From the IMG/VR virus record IMGVR_UViG_3300036798_000078, positions 1 to 34,506 of that record: 34,506 nucleotides of DNA; one strand, 5' to 3'. A program made the position numbers and the translations under genes. Shown here piece after piece: positions 7,040 to 15,242 of this stretch (positions are counted from its first letter, which is position 1; the number at the start of each line of letters is the position of its first letter). This DNA is from a virus (Duplodnaviria > Caudoviricetes). The notes under the pieces are model-generated. The model searched no databases. It had not been told where the DNA came from and worked only from the letters and a program-made list of their open reading frames with translations.

Positions 7040-7086
7040 TTTGGACTCCTGGTTTCAATCGGGAACTTGTTTCCCTCTCTAACTAT

Positions 7087-7115
7087 ATTATATAGTGGAA
7101 TACACATTTCAGCAC
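7087..7115 (-). promoter_or_regulatory. Leftward promoter
   Basis: GTGCTG-17 bp-TATAAT; shares CTATATAAT with promoters at 5110 and 6521. Confidence 0.65.
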
Positions 7116-7151
7116 GGCCCGTGGGTCTCACTGGCCTTTTCCTCTCAGATG

Positions 7152-7207
7152 GTGTGTTACTGTGTGTTACTAGCCTCGTGTGAGGCGTCATTCTTTCCGG
7201 ATATAAT
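7152..7207 (+). promoter_or_regulatory. Rightward (late) promoter, probably leaderless
   Basis: TATAAT at 7202-7207, 6 nt before ATG, no SD; upstream GTGTGTTACT x2 and GCCTC-N4-GAGGC. Confidence 0.6.
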
Positions 7208-7213
7208 AAAGTC

Positions 7214-7477
7214 ATGGCTGAAAATAAGGAACTCGAAGATCTGTTCGGCGGAGACGGCGAGACGCCCAAAGCACGTGCTTCACGTATCTTCGACGAGAAC
7301 GCACCTTTCGCTGCTATGGCGATTATCGACCTGGTGCACAACGCAGTCAACGACAACACGAAGCTACGTGCGGCGGTATATGTCGTGGACAGGGTGTTGG
7401 GACCAGTCGGCAAGGAGGAGCAGGTCGACGCTCTCGACAAGTTCCTCAAGGGCATCGAGGGGATGGCGAACCAGTGA
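7214..7477 (+). CDS. Terminase small subunit (putative)
   Basis: Helical 87-aa protein upstream of TerL; AAMAIIDLVH...KLRAAVYVVDRVLG pattern. Confidence 0.6.
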   Translation: MAENKELEDLFGGDGETPKARASRIFDENAPFAAMAIIDLVHNAVNDNTKLRAAVYVVDRVLGPVGKEEQVDALDKFLKGIEGMANQ

Positions 7478-7557
7478 TGGCGAACGAAGAAGAGATGTTC
7501 TGGGATACGGAGCCGCTCTACTTCAAGCTCCTGACGCCTGTCGAGCGGAGGTTCTAA
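7477..7557 (+). CDS. 26-aa mini-ORF in frame with TerL
   Basis: TGATG coupling; MANEEEMFWDTEPLYFKLLTPVERRF-TAA. Confidence 0.4.
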   Translation: MANEEEMFWDTEPLYFKLLTPVERRF

Positions 7558-7563
7558 GACCCT

Positions 7564-9039
7564 GTGGACCGCTTGACGGAAGCGTTCTGGCGTAAGGTTG
7601 GTTATGCGCCGCATCCGAGTCAGAGGTTGTATCACGACTCCCAGGCTCGGTTTAGAGTGCCGTGCTGCGGACGGCGGTTTGGTAAGTCGACGATGGCCGC
7701 GAGGGACGTTACTCCTCGACACCTTCTCATTCCCAATCAGATGATCTGGATTGTCGGTCCGACTTACGATCTGGCGGAGAAGGAGTTCCGGATCATCTGG
7801 AACGACCTGATCGTGAAGGAAGGTCTAGGCAAAGACAAGAGGGTGAGACGTGCGTACGCCAAAAGGTCGGGCGATATGTTCATTCAGTTTCCTTGGAACA
7901 CGCGAGTGGAGTGTCGGAGCGCCGAGCACCCTGAGTACCTTGTTGGTGAAGCTCTCGACCATGTCATCATGTCTGAAGCTGCGAAGCATAAGCGTGAAAC
8001 ATGGGAGCGATACGTACGTCCTGCTTTGGCTGACAGGCGTGGGGGCGCAGACTTTCCTACTACACCAGAGGGTTTCAATTGGCTTCACGATCTCTGGCAG
8101 CTAGGATTCCAGTCAAAGTACAAGGGTATCTTCGAGTCTTGGAGGTTTCCCAGCTGGTCAAACCCGGCTGTGTATCCCAAGGGTCGGCACGATGAAGAGA
8201 TTCTGCTCTTGGAAGATACTACTGAGCCGGAGTGGTTCCTGCAGGAAATTGGCGCTGACTTTGCCTCGTTCGTAGGGAAGATATTCCCGGAGTGGGACGA
8301 GACTCGCGGCGTTATGACCGAGGACTACAAGTTCATTCCTGGTTGGCCCAACTACATGGCGGTCGACTGGGGCTACACGAACCCACTAGCGGCGATCGAG
8401 TTCCAAATTTCGCCACAAGATGAGATTTATGTCTGGCGGGAGTACTACAAGAAGTACAAGACGCTGCCTACGGTACGGAATGAGTTGAAGGCGAGAGAAG
8501 AGCCTGACGGTTATCACCTGGACCTGATAATTGGAGACCCGGCAGACCCAGAGGCTGCGGCTTCCTTCGCAACACTCATGCAGACGGGTTGCTGGGCGCC
8601 TAAGGAGCTGAAGACCGACTTCACTTGGCGCGATGGTATCGACCTTATGGCCGGCTTTATGCGGCCGATTGAGATCGACATTGATAAGTGGGGTGCTCCG
8701 ATTGAGGCGCCGCGGTATCACGTAGCTTGGGATTGTAAGAACCACATTCGAGAGCTAAACAACTACCGCAGTCGGGAACCAGTCAAGGGGCAGAACGTTC
8801 CGGAGCTAGGCAACAAGGTCGAAGACCATACGATCGACGCTATGCGCTACGCCCTCCTAGCTACCTTCCGCATGGGCGCTCGTGGTTCTCACCTCACGTC
8901 CGAAATGGTCGATGCGGCCCCTGTGGAATCTACTCCACGGGCGCGGGCTGCGAAGCGGACGTTGCAGCAGGATTTCGCAGACCTGCTGTCGGGGACTAGT
9001 GGCTCTGCAGGCTTTTTCCACACGGGAGATGAGTTCTAG
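7564..9039 (+). CDS. terL: Terminase large subunit
   Basis: PHPSQ adenine motif, Walker A CGRRFGKS, Walker B VIMSEAA, motif III TTPEG, nuclease AVDWGYTNP and DHTIDAMRY. Confidence 0.95.
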   Translation: MDRLTEAFWRKVGYAPHPSQRLYHDSQARFRVPCCGRRFGKSTMAARDVTPRHLLIPNQMIWIVGPTYDLAEKEFRIIWNDLIVKEGLGKDKRVRRAYAKRSGDMFIQFPWNTRVECRSAEHPEYLVGEALDHVIMSEAAKHKRETWERYVRPALADRRGGADFPTTPEGFNWLHDLWQLGFQSKYKGIFESWRFPSWSNPAVYPKGRHDEEILLLEDTTEPEWFLQEIGADFASFVGKIFPEWDETRGVMTEDYKFIPGWPNYMAVDWGYTNPLAAIEFQISPQDEIYVWREYYKKYKTLPTVRNELKAREEPDGYHLDLIIGDPADPEAAASFATLMQTGCWAPKELKTDFTWRDGIDLMAGFMRPIEIDIDKWGAPIEAPRYHVAWDCKNHIRELNNYRSREPVKGQNVPELGNKVEDHTIDAMRYALLATFRMGARGSHLTSEMVDAAPVESTPRARAAKRTLQQDFADLLSGTSGSAGFFHTGDEF

Positions 9040-10928
9040 TGGACCTGAACGATCTGCCTAGGGTAGACCTGAACGAGCTGATCTTGGGCGGATATGCGCC
9101 TGTCGCGGTGTCGAACGAGCCTGGCCAAGAGTTCATTGTTATTGCGCCTGAGAGCTCGGACTTGCCGTTCTCTACCAATGCTCCCGTTGCGCGTATGACG
9201 CCGACTGAACATAGTCGGATGATGATGGAGCGTGCAGCACAGGCAACGCTTGCCGACAAGCCGCTACGTTCCAGGATCGTTGGTCTGGCGCGGCAGGGTC
9301 GGCCGCCTAACGAACCTGATATACCGTCGGGCCTGAGCTTCGATCCGCCCGAGAACATACGCAGTGGTTTCAGTCAGGAGACAGGACAGCCAATACAGCA
9401 GCCGCGTGTTACCATGTCGCGTGGTCAAGGAGTAGGATCTGTCTCTGCGGTTCCTGGTATGGGCTCAGAGATGGGGTCTTCTAGCCCCTCACCGTTCACC
9501 TCCTGGATGCGTCGGGAGTACAATAGGGACTTGATTGGTGTCAAGGGGCTCAGGGTCTACGACAGAATGCGGAAGAGCGATGGCACTGTCAGAGGAACGC
9601 TACGACTGGCTAAGACTCCTGTGCTTGCAGGTCTCTGGTCGATAAAGCCAGCGACTAGTTCGTCGCAGGACCAGATGATTGCGAACTTCGTCTGGCAGAA
9701 CATGACTGAGTGGATGTCGACTTCGTGGCCTCAGACGCTGACTGAGTCTCTGCTCATGCTCGACTTCGGATATTACATGTTCGAGCTCGTCTTCACAGCA
9801 GGCGAGATACTCACCGCAGACCCTGCAGCTCGTGGCAAGATTGTCTGGCGGAAGTGGGCTCCTCGGCACCCGATGGACGTGCGACAGTGGTTCTTCGATC
9901 TCAACGGCGGACCTATGTCGGTGGATATGTGGACCACTCCTGCGCGTGTGCCGACGTGGGAAGGTGCTACTGTACAGACGATGATGCAGTACACCAACAT
10001 TCCTATCGACAAGATGATGGTCTTCTCCTTCGACAAAGAGGCCGGCAACATCGAAGGTATCTCCTTGCTGCGTTCGGCTCACAAGCACTGGTATTACAAG
10101 GATAACTTGTACAAGATCGATGCCATTCAGAAGGAGCGGCACGGCATTGGTGTTCCTGTCATCCAGCTTCCACCAGGCTACGGTGCGCCTGACTTGCAGA
10201 TGGCTGACTCTCTGGGTCGGAACCTTAGGACCAACGATCGGGCGCATGTCGTGCTTCCGCCGAACTGGGTTCTGACCTTTGCGGAGCTCAAGGGCAATCC
10301 GGTCAATTGCATCCAAAGCATCGAACATCACGACCAGCAGATCCAGATTCAGATTCTGGGCAACTTCTTGTCGCAGAATGTCAAGACCGACGAGGCAGAC
10401 CATACGCTATTTCTTAAGGCGACTCGGTTCACTGCGGACATTGTCACTGACGTAATCAACTCTTACGGTATACCGCAGCTCGTAGACATGAACTGGGCTG
10501 GTGCTCGGTATCCGAAGCTTACCGTCAAGCGCATTGGCGAGGTCGAAGACTGGCGTACTGCTTCGTTTACCATCAGGAACTACGTGGGCGCAGGCGTGAT
10601 TGTGCCTGACCAGCCACTGGAAGACCATTTGCGTGATGAGATGGGTCTTCCGCCTGCAGATCCCAAGACGTCGAGGCTAGTATACGAGTCGTTCAACAAG
10701 AACGTTACTCAGCCTCCGCCTGCTGAGATGCCAGGGGAGCCCGGAGACATCCAAGAGGCGTTGCAGACTGGTCAGATGACTCCCCAGCAGGTTCAGCAGG
10801 CGCAGAACATTCAGCAAGCGAACGGACAGCAGGCGGGTATGCCAAGGCAAGCGAATCCGCCGACACCGACTCCGCCTACGACGGGGAAGGGCGACAACTC
10901 TGGTAGGGGTGGAAGGAGAGGTCAATGA
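9039..10928 (+). CDS. Portal protein (Mu gp29/DUF935-like)
   Basis: Follows TerL; YDRMRKSDGTV, LDFGYYMFE, GISLLRSA..HWYYK, ERHGIGVP. Confidence 0.9.
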   Translation: MDLNDLPRVDLNELILGGYAPVAVSNEPGQEFIVIAPESSDLPFSTNAPVARMTPTEHSRMMMERAAQATLADKPLRSRIVGLARQGRPPNEPDIPSGLSFDPPENIRSGFSQETGQPIQQPRVTMSRGQGVGSVSAVPGMGSEMGSSSPSPFTSWMRREYNRDLIGVKGLRVYDRMRKSDGTVRGTLRLAKTPVLAGLWSIKPATSSSQDQMIANFVWQNMTEWMSTSWPQTLTESLLMLDFGYYMFELVFTAGEILTADPAARGKIVWRKWAPRHPMDVRQWFFDLNGGPMSVDMWTTPARVPTWEGATVQTMMQYTNIPIDKMMVFSFDKEAGNIEGISLLRSAHKHWYYKDNLYKIDAIQKERHGIGVPVIQLPPGYGAPDLQMADSLGRNLRTNDRAHVVLPPNWVLTFAELKGNPVNCIQSIEHHDQQIQIQILGNFLSQNVKTDEADHTLFLKATRFTADIVTDVINSYGIPQLVDMNWAGARYPKLTVKRIGEVEDWRTASFTIRNYVGAGVIVPDQPLEDHLRDEMGLPPADPKTSRLVYESFNKNVTQPPPAEMPGEPGDIQEALQTGQMTPQQVQQAQNIQQANGQQAGMPRQANPPTPTPPTTGKGDNSGRGGRRGQ

Positions 10929-11596
10929 CGTCAGATCAAGGACGTGGTTTCGACAGGATCGGTGTAGCGGTCGGTTTGGACCTGGTCGACCATGGCCGTG
11001 TCAGGACCAGTCTTCGCGTAGAGCGCTGGGACGAGGAGCAGCGCCAGTACGCTATGCGGCATCCTCGGTTCCGGAACATCGCGTATCCAGGATGGGAGCC
11101 GGTTACTAAGCACTTCCGCGTGCTCAATGTTCGTCCGTACTCCGTGACCGAGGACCATGACTGCAACCTGATTACGTGGGCTGGCTGGGCTGCGATGATG
11201 GGCTCTATCGGTGGCACATCCATCTCTTCCAAGTTCAGTGCTACAGTCGGCCGCATCGGTATCGGAACCGGATCGCCTACAGCTGCTGGCGGAGACACAG
11301 CACTGAGCGCTGCAGCGTTCGCAGCTACGGGATCGAACTGGAAGCTGATAGGTGCTGCACCAACCATCACTGCCACCGCTACGCCGTGCACGATGGTCTG
11401 GTCGGTCGCGTTCGTCGGCGCTGACGCCGTTGGCAACTGGGGTGAGTTCGCCGTCGATATCGGAACGGCTAGCTCTACGGTAGGTACGCCAACGACAGCA
11501 GCAACGGCTCCGATGGTGAATCACGGCGTCTCTGCACAGGGCAGCAAGCTCAACACCCAGACCTGGACGCCTACTGTTACTCTCAGCTTGACCTAG
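10925..11596 (+). CDS. Virion structural protein (collar/fibre-subunit-like)
   Basis: NLIT..G...IGIGTG..TAA..DTAL...F....A.GNW.EF...MVN......K pattern recalled from phage fibre/baseplate beta-sandwich proteins. Confidence 0.6.
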   Translation: MTSDQGRGFDRIGVAVGLDLVDHGRVRTSLRVERWDEEQRQYAMRHPRFRNIAYPGWEPVTKHFRVLNVRPYSVTEDHDCNLITWAGWAAMMGSIGGTSISSKFSATVGRIGIGTGSPTAAGGDTALSAAAFAATGSNWKLIGAAPTITATATPCTMVWSVAFVGADAVGNWGEFAVDIGTASSTVGTPTTAATAPMVNHGVSAQGSKLNTQTWTPTVTLSLT

Positions 11597-11604
11597 TAGG
11601 TAAC

Positions 11605-12483
11605 ATGCCGCTCGCAATAGAGCTATTTACCAACCCTCCGACGACGGCGGTAACCGTTACCGCTGGTGGTACGACCGCGCCAACGGCAGGTACGACGGAG
11701 ACGTGGACTCTGGCTGGTGGCTATGCGCAGTTGCCACAGGTTAGCAACGCAGCTGTGCCGCCTACTCAGTTTCATTTCTACGACGCCTCGTTCCCTAGCG
11801 AGATAATGCTAGGGACTAACCTCAGTGGGGCTACTCTTAGTGTCACACGCGGAGTCGAGGGTGCTACTGTCGCGCATCCGCTTGCCACTAACCTTCCGGT
11901 ACAGACGATATCGGCCGGAGTAATGGGATTGTTTCAGCAGCAGTCTCCCTCTAAGATACCGGCCAGCCAGGGAGACGCGACAACTACTACAGTCACTACC
12001 GTCTCTACAACTACGTTCTACCCGCTTAGCAAGGCGTGGGCTATACCGGCCAACGATGCGAATGTCGCTACGATATATGAACTGACAGTGTTCGGCAATG
12101 GTACGTGGGCTTCGACAGCGTGCTCCCTCAACTTCCAGGTTAGCGCATTCGGTGTAGTTGTTGCTAAGATTCAGGTAGGCAGTACTATGCTTCCTGCATC
12201 TGCTAACTTCTGCTGGGGCCTAACTACCAAGATCGTTGTCATAAACAATACCTCGTCTGGATCGATAGCTGCCGAGTCAGATGGCGCTATATCGAACTAT
12301 GCTCAGAACCTGAGTGTGACTGGCGGTTCAAGCGCCAACTCGACCGCAGGCCTAGCTGGTCAGTCTGCTACTACATCGGCTAACGTGGCTGCTGGTGGCA
12401 CCTTGCAGCTTACCGCTCAGTGGAACACTGCTGCAGGTTCTGTCTCGTCGTTCGGTTCCTTGCTCGACCGTAAAGGTCAGTGA
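11605..12483 (+). CDS. Thr/Ala/Ser-rich virion fibre/adhesin-like protein
   Basis: EIM...LSVTRGVEG..AH motif of phage fibre N-termini; beta-rich C-terminus. Confidence 0.6.
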   Translation: MPLAIELFTNPPTTAVTVTAGGTTAPTAGTTETWTLAGGYAQLPQVSNAAVPPTQFHFYDASFPSEIMLGTNLSGATLSVTRGVEGATVAHPLATNLPVQTISAGVMGLFQQQSPSKIPASQGDATTTTVTTVSTTTFYPLSKAWAIPANDANVATIYELTVFGNGTWASTACSLNFQVSAFGVVVAKIQVGSTMLPASANFCWGLTTKIVVINNTSSGSIAAESDGAISNYAQNLSVTGGSSANSTAGLAGQSATTSANVAAGGTLQLTAQWNTAAGSVSSFGSLLDRKGQ

Positions 12484-14843
12484 TGGTAGGAGTTGCTCCC
12501 GAGCCGCTTGCTGTCACACCATATACGATTAAGACTCAGGTCAATAATACTGCGACGACTAGCTGGACCACTACGGCTGCTACTGGCCCAGCTCCTATTG
12601 GCGATGCAGTAGTTATCTTCGTTTCGTCCGGCACATCAGGCAATACTGTTACTGGTATTTCCGACAGTGTGGGTAATACATATACTCTTGGGCCTGCTCT
12701 TGCTACGTGGCCGTATCAGTGGGCATACTATTCGCTCGCCATTACTCACGCTATCACTACATCGACGACATTTACGGTCACCTTTTCTGCTGCGGCAGTT
12801 GGATCCATCATCGTACGCGGCTGCCCGAGCGTCACCGCCCTTGATGCTCATCCGGCCGTCGTAGGCGCGACCAGCGCTGCTGCGGCTTCCAACCCGACTG
12901 GGGTCTTGGCCCAGGCATCCGAGTGGGTCATCGGATGTATTGTCGACGGCGCCTCTGGCGGTTCGCCAACGGCACTGAGCATCCCTTCGTTCGTCAGCCA
13001 GCAGATTACCGGCGACCCGTGGTACACTGGGTGTGACGAGATCGTTAGCTCGACCGCCAGCCAGACGCTCAGCGCGACCCTGGCCGCCTCGATTGTCTGG
13101 TCCGCGTCTATTCTTTCGTTCACGCTGACCACAGCTGCACCGGTATATTATACTCCCGTCAGTGCTGTACCAGGCGTTGCTATACCAGGACGGTTCTCTC
13201 CCGGAAGCTACGTCAACATTCCGGTGGCGTTTGCTGACTCGGGTACTGGCTCAGATGCCATAGTCGTAGCTGAGGGCATTCCTGTCACCGACTCGGGTAC
13301 TGGTACTGACTCGATAGCTGTCAATGTCGAGGCTCTGGCCCTAGCTGACTCGGGCACCGGTACCGATTCTATAGCGGTACTGACTAGAGCTGCAGCGCTA
13401 GCTGACTCCGGAAGCGGTGCTGACTCGGTAGCAGTGCTAGCCAAGACTGCATCGTTGGCTGATGCAGGTGCTGGCGTCGACTCGATAGTAGTGTCGCAGG
13501 CAGGAACAGTTTCGCTAACTGACGCTGGTGCTGGTAGCGATTCGATTACTACGACAGTTGCTGCTCCTATCGCGGACTCTGGTTCTGGCACTGACTCGAT
13601 TTCTGTAGTTGCGACTGTTCCGCTTGCTGACGCAGGTACTGGAGCTGATTCGATAGCGCAGGCGGGGACTACTGTACTGTCCGACTCAGGTACTGGTGCA
13701 GATAGCATTTCCGTAAGCGTAACCTTGTCACTAGCAGACTCCGGTATTGGTTCAGAGTCAGTAGCCTCTGCTGTAGTTCTTAGTCTCGCCGACTCTGGTG
13801 CTGGAACGGACAGTCTAGGTGGATCGTTTACCAGATCGCTAGCTGACTCTGGCGCAGGTACAGACTCCATATCGACTGCTATATCTCCACAGCTGACGGA
13901 TGCTGGCACAGGCGTAGATGTCCTAGGCGGAAGCTTTACCAAGGCACTAGCTGACTCCGGTACTGGTGCAGACGCACTGGTGATTCCGGGTACTATAGTT
14001 CCGCTGTCTGATTCCGGTGCTGGTACTGACTCGATTACTGTAGCGGTAACCGTTAGCCTGGGAGACTCCGGTACTGGTGCCGATGTACTGGGCGGTAGCT
14101 ACACCAAGAGTCTAGGCGATACTGGTACAGCTGCGGATACTATAGTTCTTGCTCACGCAGTAGCGCTGCTGGATCAAGGCTCTGGCATTGATACCATAGT
14201 TGTAGTCAGGTCCATATCGCTCGTTAGTTCCGGTACTGCGACTGACTCCATATCGGTATCCGTCTTTACACCAACCGGCGATGTGCGTACGCCTCTCCAG
14301 CTGAGTGGAGTCTTTGCGGATGAGAACCTGCTTGGTGGCTCGATTGTTGATGCGTTGGGTCTTGGCGGCACGATTATTGATGGCAATACGTTGTCAGGTG
14401 CTATTGTTGATGGCAACGTTCTGGCTGGTATGATTGGGCGCGCTGTAATTCTGTCTGGTACTATGGTTGTACAGGTCGTCGATAGCGTTCTGGAGGAGTG
14501 GACAATGCAAGAGGTAGACATTACGCTGGCAGAGTTCAACGACGAGACTCTTGCCCTCACGATCACAGCTAGTGGCGTTCCTCTCAACATTACTGGCATG
14601 GAGATCGACATGCTCCTCAAGACTCAGTCTGGCGTCTCGGACATAGATCCGTCGACTCTCAAGCTGTCGACGACTACGGGCGAGATCACCATTACCGACG
14701 GCCCTGCAGGACAAGCTACCGTCGCTATAGCTTCCGTCAACCTACAGCCTACTCCGCCTTTCGGATTCCATCGAGTGGACATTCTAGAGGGCGGCAAGCG
14801 GAACACTGCGCTGTTTGGTACGGTCTCGATTACACCGTTGTGA
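12480..14843 (+). CDS. Large repeat-containing virion protein with C-terminal BppU-like Ig domain
   Basis: N-terminal beta domain, 19 repeats of L.D.G.G.D.I, then ~10-aa L.G.I.D repeats, then PLNITG...GEITITDG..GQATV. Confidence 0.7.
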   Translation: MMVGVAPEPLAVTPYTIKTQVNNTATTSWTTTAATGPAPIGDAVVIFVSSGTSGNTVTGISDSVGNTYTLGPALATWPYQWAYYSLAITHAITTSTTFTVTFSAAAVGSIIVRGCPSVTALDAHPAVVGATSAAAASNPTGVLAQASEWVIGCIVDGASGGSPTALSIPSFVSQQITGDPWYTGCDEIVSSTASQTLSATLAASIVWSASILSFTLTTAAPVYYTPVSAVPGVAIPGRFSPGSYVNIPVAFADSGTGSDAIVVAEGIPVTDSGTGTDSIAVNVEALALADSGTGTDSIAVLTRAAALADSGSGADSVAVLAKTASLADAGAGVDSIVVSQAGTVSLTDAGAGSDSITTTVAAPIADSGSGTDSISVVATVPLADAGTGADSIAQAGTTVLSDSGTGADSISVSVTLSLADSGIGSESVASAVVLSLADSGAGTDSLGGSFTRSLADSGAGTDSISTAISPQLTDAGTGVDVLGGSFTKALADSGTGADALVIPGTIVPLSDSGAGTDSITVAVTVSLGDSGTGADVLGGSYTKSLGDTGTAADTIVLAHAVALLDQGSGIDTIVVVRSISLVSSGTATDSISVSVFTPTGDVRTPLQLSGVFADENLLGGSIVDALGLGGTIIDGNTLSGAIVDGNVLAGMIGRAVILSGTMVVQVVDSVLEEWTMQEVDITLAEFNDETLALTITASGVPLNITGMEIDMLLKTQSGVSDIDPSTLKLSTTTGEITITDGPAGQATVAIASVNLQPTPPFGFHRVDILEGGKRNTALFGTVSITPL
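13230..14265 (+). repeat. 19 tandem 18-20-codon coding repeats (consensus LADSGTGTDSI.V)
   Basis: Counted in the translation, from FADSGTGSDAI to LVSSGTATDSI; boundaries approximate. Confidence 0.9.
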
Positions 14844-14864
14844 CACAATGTATCAGAAAGCCCT

Positions 14865-14908
14865 GGAGGCACCTGAAGACTTCATTATATAATAGACAAG
14901 ATAGGAGC
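14865..14908 (+). promoter_or_regulatory. Internal promoter and SD for head genes
   Basis: TATAAT at 14888-14893 in AT-rich gap, GAGGC 17 bp upstream, AGGAG SD. Confidence 0.55.
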
Positions 14909-14912
14909 ACGC

Positions 14913-15242
14913 ATGTCGGTATACGCACCCTCAGGGTCAGGCAACGTTCACGTCGACACAGTCATGGGCGCTGGAGGTAAGAAGAAAGTGGCTGCGAAAG
15001 GTGGCGCCGCAAAGAAGGGTGGCGCTAAGAAGGGCATGGGATTCAAGGCCGCAGCAGCCTCTGCTGCTAAGTCGGCAGGCGTATCTCCCCAGCAGGGTGC
15101 AGCGATAGTGGCTGCAGCATCGCAGAAGGCTTCACCGAAGGCCAGGAAGGCTAACCCCAACCTTGCCAAGGTGGCTCGTCCTGGTACTAAGAAGACAGCT
15201 GGCGGCAAGTTCGTCAAGAAGGCTTCAGGAGGCAAGAAGTGA
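14913..15242 (+). CDS. Lys/Ala-rich basic protein with MCP-like N-terminal peptide
   Basis: 21 Lys + 2 Arg versus 1 Asp; first 18 aa match the MCP N-terminus at 14 positions. Confidence 0.85.
   Translation: MSVYAPSGSGNVHVDTVMGAGGKKKVAAKGGAAKKGGAKKGMGFKAAAASAAKSAGVSPQQGAAIVAAASQKASPKARKANPNLAKVARPGTKKTAGGKFVKKASGGKK

Noticed and set aside
6949-7722. Long opposite-strand ORFs (also 1544-2200, 9600-10403, 13208-13942, 15293-15937, 24142-24840)
   Set aside because: Shadow frames of real genes in GC-rich DNA, with no SD or recognisable motifs
13230-14265. Regularly spaced DNA repeats as CRISPR or DGR template
   Set aside because: Repeats are in-frame and degenerate at synonymous positions; no reverse transcriptase in the window
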